Shown here: positions 60,919 to 64,000 of the stretch, piece by piece | Layout of the letters: each line of letters opens with the position of its first letter | How positions within the stretch are numbered: position 1 is the first letter of the stretch | Origin: Paraphysomonas bandaiensis | Taxonomy: Eukaryota; Protista; Chrysophyceae | DNA length: 64,000 nucleotides | Assembly (NCBI GenBank): GCA_965644295.1 | Contig: CBFFRP010000069.1 | Coordinates: 124,001-188,000, forward strand | Direction of reading: 5' to 3' | Position numbers and translations under genes: made by a program | The notes under the pieces: generated by a model | Seen by the model: the letters and a program-made list of their open reading frames with translations, nothing else | Database searches by the model: none | What the model was told of the DNA's origin: nothing

Positions 60919-63900
60919 ATGCAAAACATTTGGAGTGGTCTTCTCCCTAAATCAGAAACTCAAAGTATGCAGTTCTTATCCAATAACCCTCAATGGGACG
61001 GTAGAGGTGTTATAGTCGGTGTATTAGATACAGGGGTCGATCCAGGGGCTATAGGACTACAACAAACTACACAAGGGACTGTAAAAGTGATTGATATTAT
61101 TGATTGTACAGGATCTGGTGATATACTTCTTCAACCACCTTGTATGGCCTCTGAAGATCATTCTATTCCTGGTATTGGGAATAGGAAATTATATATAAAT
61201 CCTGCATGGAATAATCCTACAGGAAAATATCGTGTGGGTGTAAAGGTTAATAAATATACTTAAAATTATATTAGTTAATAATAATATAGGCATTGTATGA
61301 TTTGTATCCTGATCGATTGAAAGAAAGAGTTTCGAATCATCGAAAAAAAATGTGGTCTCGTGAGCATGAGAAGGTATCTTTGTTTGCTCCATGATTATTT
61401 AGTAAGTTTCTTCATTATTACATGATGTAATAGGCAGAATGGCAACTTCAAAACAGCAAAACTGAACAGAGTGACGAGGATTTACAGGCCCGTATTTCTG
61501 TTTTGCGATCAATGGGAAAGGACGTATCAGACCCCGGGCCGATAGTAGACTGTATTGTCTTCCACGACGGCGAGGTATGGCAGGCCGCTATCGACTGCTC
61601 TGGTACAGGAGATCTGTCAAAGGTTGAACCAATGACGGATTATCGTCGGCATAATCAGTACCGCCGGTTCAGCGAGGATGACGCTCTCAACTATTGCGTG
61701 AATATTCACGACGATGGAAGTGTACTGTCAATTGTCACTGATGCCGGTGCACATGGCACTCATGTCGCGGGGATCATATCAGCTTTTCATCCAGAAAATC
61801 CAGAGTGTAACGGAGTTGCTCCGGGAGCGCAAATTGTATCTCTTAAGATAGGAGATAGTCGGCTTGGATCGATGGAGACCGGGCCGGGGCTTGTGAGGGC
61901 GCTCATTGAAGCAGTCAAACGGGGTTGTCACGTTATCAATATGTCCTATGGAGGTCAGTTATTTTTCCCCAGTCCAATTAACGTATGATTGTTTCTATGT
62001 GCAGAGGCAGCTACTTGGGATAATGAGGGTGTATTTGTGCGACTGGCGGAGGAGCTTGTTCATAAGCATGGTATTATATTTGTATCGTCAGCGGGCAATA
62101 ATGGTCCTTGCCTCTCCACTGTGGGCGCTCCAGGTGGCACTTCCTCGTGCATGATATCTGTTGGCGCCCTGGTAACACAATCACTGATGAAAGCGGCGTA
62201 CTCAATGAAGTCCTCTGTCCCTGACACTAATTTCACTTGGTCTTCGGTGGGCCCGGCTACCGATGGTGACATGGGTGTGACTGTACTTGCACCCGGTGGG
62301 GCAATTACATGCGTTCCCAACTGGACACTTAACAAAACCCAGCTCATGAATGGGACCTCAATGAGCTCTCCTAATGCATGTGGGTGTATAGCTCTTCTTT
62401 TATCTGCTGCGCATGCATCCAATATTCATGTTCCGGACACTCTTCCTGTCAGCCTTCTCTCCCCTGCTCGACTGCGTATGGCGATTGAGAATTCTGCGCT
62501 TATGCTCTCACGAGATGCCGTCGATACCCTAGGACAGCATCATGGTGTTCTTCAGGTAGAGAATGCCTGGGAACATATCGTGAAGAATCAGTCGGACTCC
62601 TCTGTGGACATCCCTCTCAGAGTAACAGTGAAATGTCAGCGTTTCAAGAGAGGCATTTACTTGCGACAGCCCTCCGAAGTGGCCACTGCTCAGACTTTTG
62701 TTGTACAAGTGGACCCTATCTTTCACGAAAATGAGACGGCTGACACCAAAATACACTACGAGATGCGTCTTCACGTGGAGTCTTCTGCCTCCTGGGTGAC
62801 ATGTCCGGAGTACATGTTGCTAGCGCAGAGTGGGAAGGTCATGAAGATAAGTGTCGATCCTACAGGTCTCCCTGTCGGAGAGCACTTCGTTGAGTTCGTT
62901 CGTGGGTATGATGAGAATAACCGGGAGAAAGGTCCTGTTTTTGAAGTGCCTATAACAGTAATAATGCCGGAGGTGGTGCCTGCCCTCTCAAAAGAGCTCC
63001 GGTTAGGCGTTATCGAACTTCCTGAGACACAGAGACTGAGGAAGTTTATTGTCCCCCCCCAGGGCTGCACATTCATCGATGTCATTATCACAGACGAGAG
63101 ACTTTCCATTAATCCAGCAGATGGTTGCGATGATGAAAGTGATCACACCTCAAAAGATTCATCAACACGGATGATTGTGATGCATGCATTACAGCTTATG
63201 CCAGGGCAGCCATACAGAGACAATGAGAAGCAGGTGAGCATATCTCTAGTACTCTGTCTAATCTAAAATATATATGTGATATACGCAGTCATATATAAAT
63301 CTGACTCCAGGCTCAACCCACTGCGTGTCTTTTTCTGTGACCGAAGGTGTTACTGTGGAAATGGTACTGGCTCGATTCTGGTCCACCCTTGGGGATGTGA
63401 AGGTCAATGTCGTACTGAACTTCCGAGGTGTAATTCCATCTGTAAATCCTCTTTGTATATCAAACGGTAATCAAGTTAGTGATTTGGTCACATTGGCGGC
63501 GGAGTTAGAGACTGTAAGTATTGATCCCACTTCTAAACTGGACAAGTGGCAGACAACTATTCAACCCCTCAAAAAAGGTGAGGTCACTTCACTCGGTGAA
63601 AGGGATGTGCTCCCGTCAGGGACACCATTGTACCAGCTATTACTCGAGTATAGTTTTAAACAACGTTCTAGTGGATCCATCACACCAAGATGGCCTGGAT
63701 TGAACGATATGCTTTACGAATCTCCTTTCCATGGTCAATTCTATATGATTTACGACAGTCGTAAGTGTTTGATTGGTACCGGCGATGCTTGGCCTCGTGC
63801 TGTTAGCATAAAAAAAGGCGATCATACTGTTCGCATTCAGATTCGTCACGAGTCCCCTAGTGTTCTGGAAGGATTGTCGCAGCTGCCAATGGTGCTAGAA

Positions 63901-64000
63901 CGGTCGCTCACTGGTAACGGCGTGCTGAAGCTAACTTGTCATAAGAGTAAAATGGACGCACTGCTTGACGTTGCTCTCCCGCAAATGGATATTTTACGCG
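60919..64000 (+). CDS. TPP2: Tripeptidyl peptidase II (runs off the window)
   Basis: LLPKSET, WDGRGV..GVLDTGVDPGA, HGTHVAGI, GNNGP, MNGTSMSSPN; several short introns. Confidence 0.95.

Noticed and set aside
1-64000. tRNA, rRNA or snoRNA genes
   Set aside because: No convincing cloverleaf, rRNA segment or paired C/D boxes recognised by eye; tRNAscan-SE and Infernal would be needed to exclude them

Overview
Compact, intron-containing eukaryotic DNA (short GT-AG introns, mostly about 45-95 bp; standard code). It is almost certainly from a stramenopile, probably a flagellated ochrophyte or relative, because it encodes a tubular mastigoneme protein. About 23 host genes are recognisable: mastigoneme protein, MOCS3/UBA4, GGCT-like, NAA40, exostosin-like GT, two orphans, PPIL2, ARP4, WSCD-type sulfotransferase, WNK kinase, CDC20, a zinc-ribbon+CCCH protein, PKA-C, an RRM-ureohydrolase fusion, NB-ARC-TPR, SLX9, a mu-homology-domain protein, a class IV sirtuin, an EF-hand/C2 protein, a Rab11-like GTPase, a thioesterase and TPP2. 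The first 21 alternate strand without exception, forming head-to-head pairs. Divergent gaps hold simple repeats, a ~135-bp dispersed element and two apparently intact DNA transposons (a PHIS/Harbinger-type element with AGT TSD and a Mutator element) inserted 96 bp apart in one satellite tract. Convergent gaps hold decayed hAT elements, hAT MITEs with 8-bp TSDs and retroelement-like 3' ends. The most unusual proteins are a U2AF-like RRM fused to a catalytically degenerate formiminoglutamase/arginase fold (head-to-head with an NLR-like NB-ARC-TPR gene), a Rab11-like GTPase with a WW-like module and CaaX end, and a thioesterase with hidden exons ending in CaaX. Family calls come from motif recognition by eye; no database search was run.
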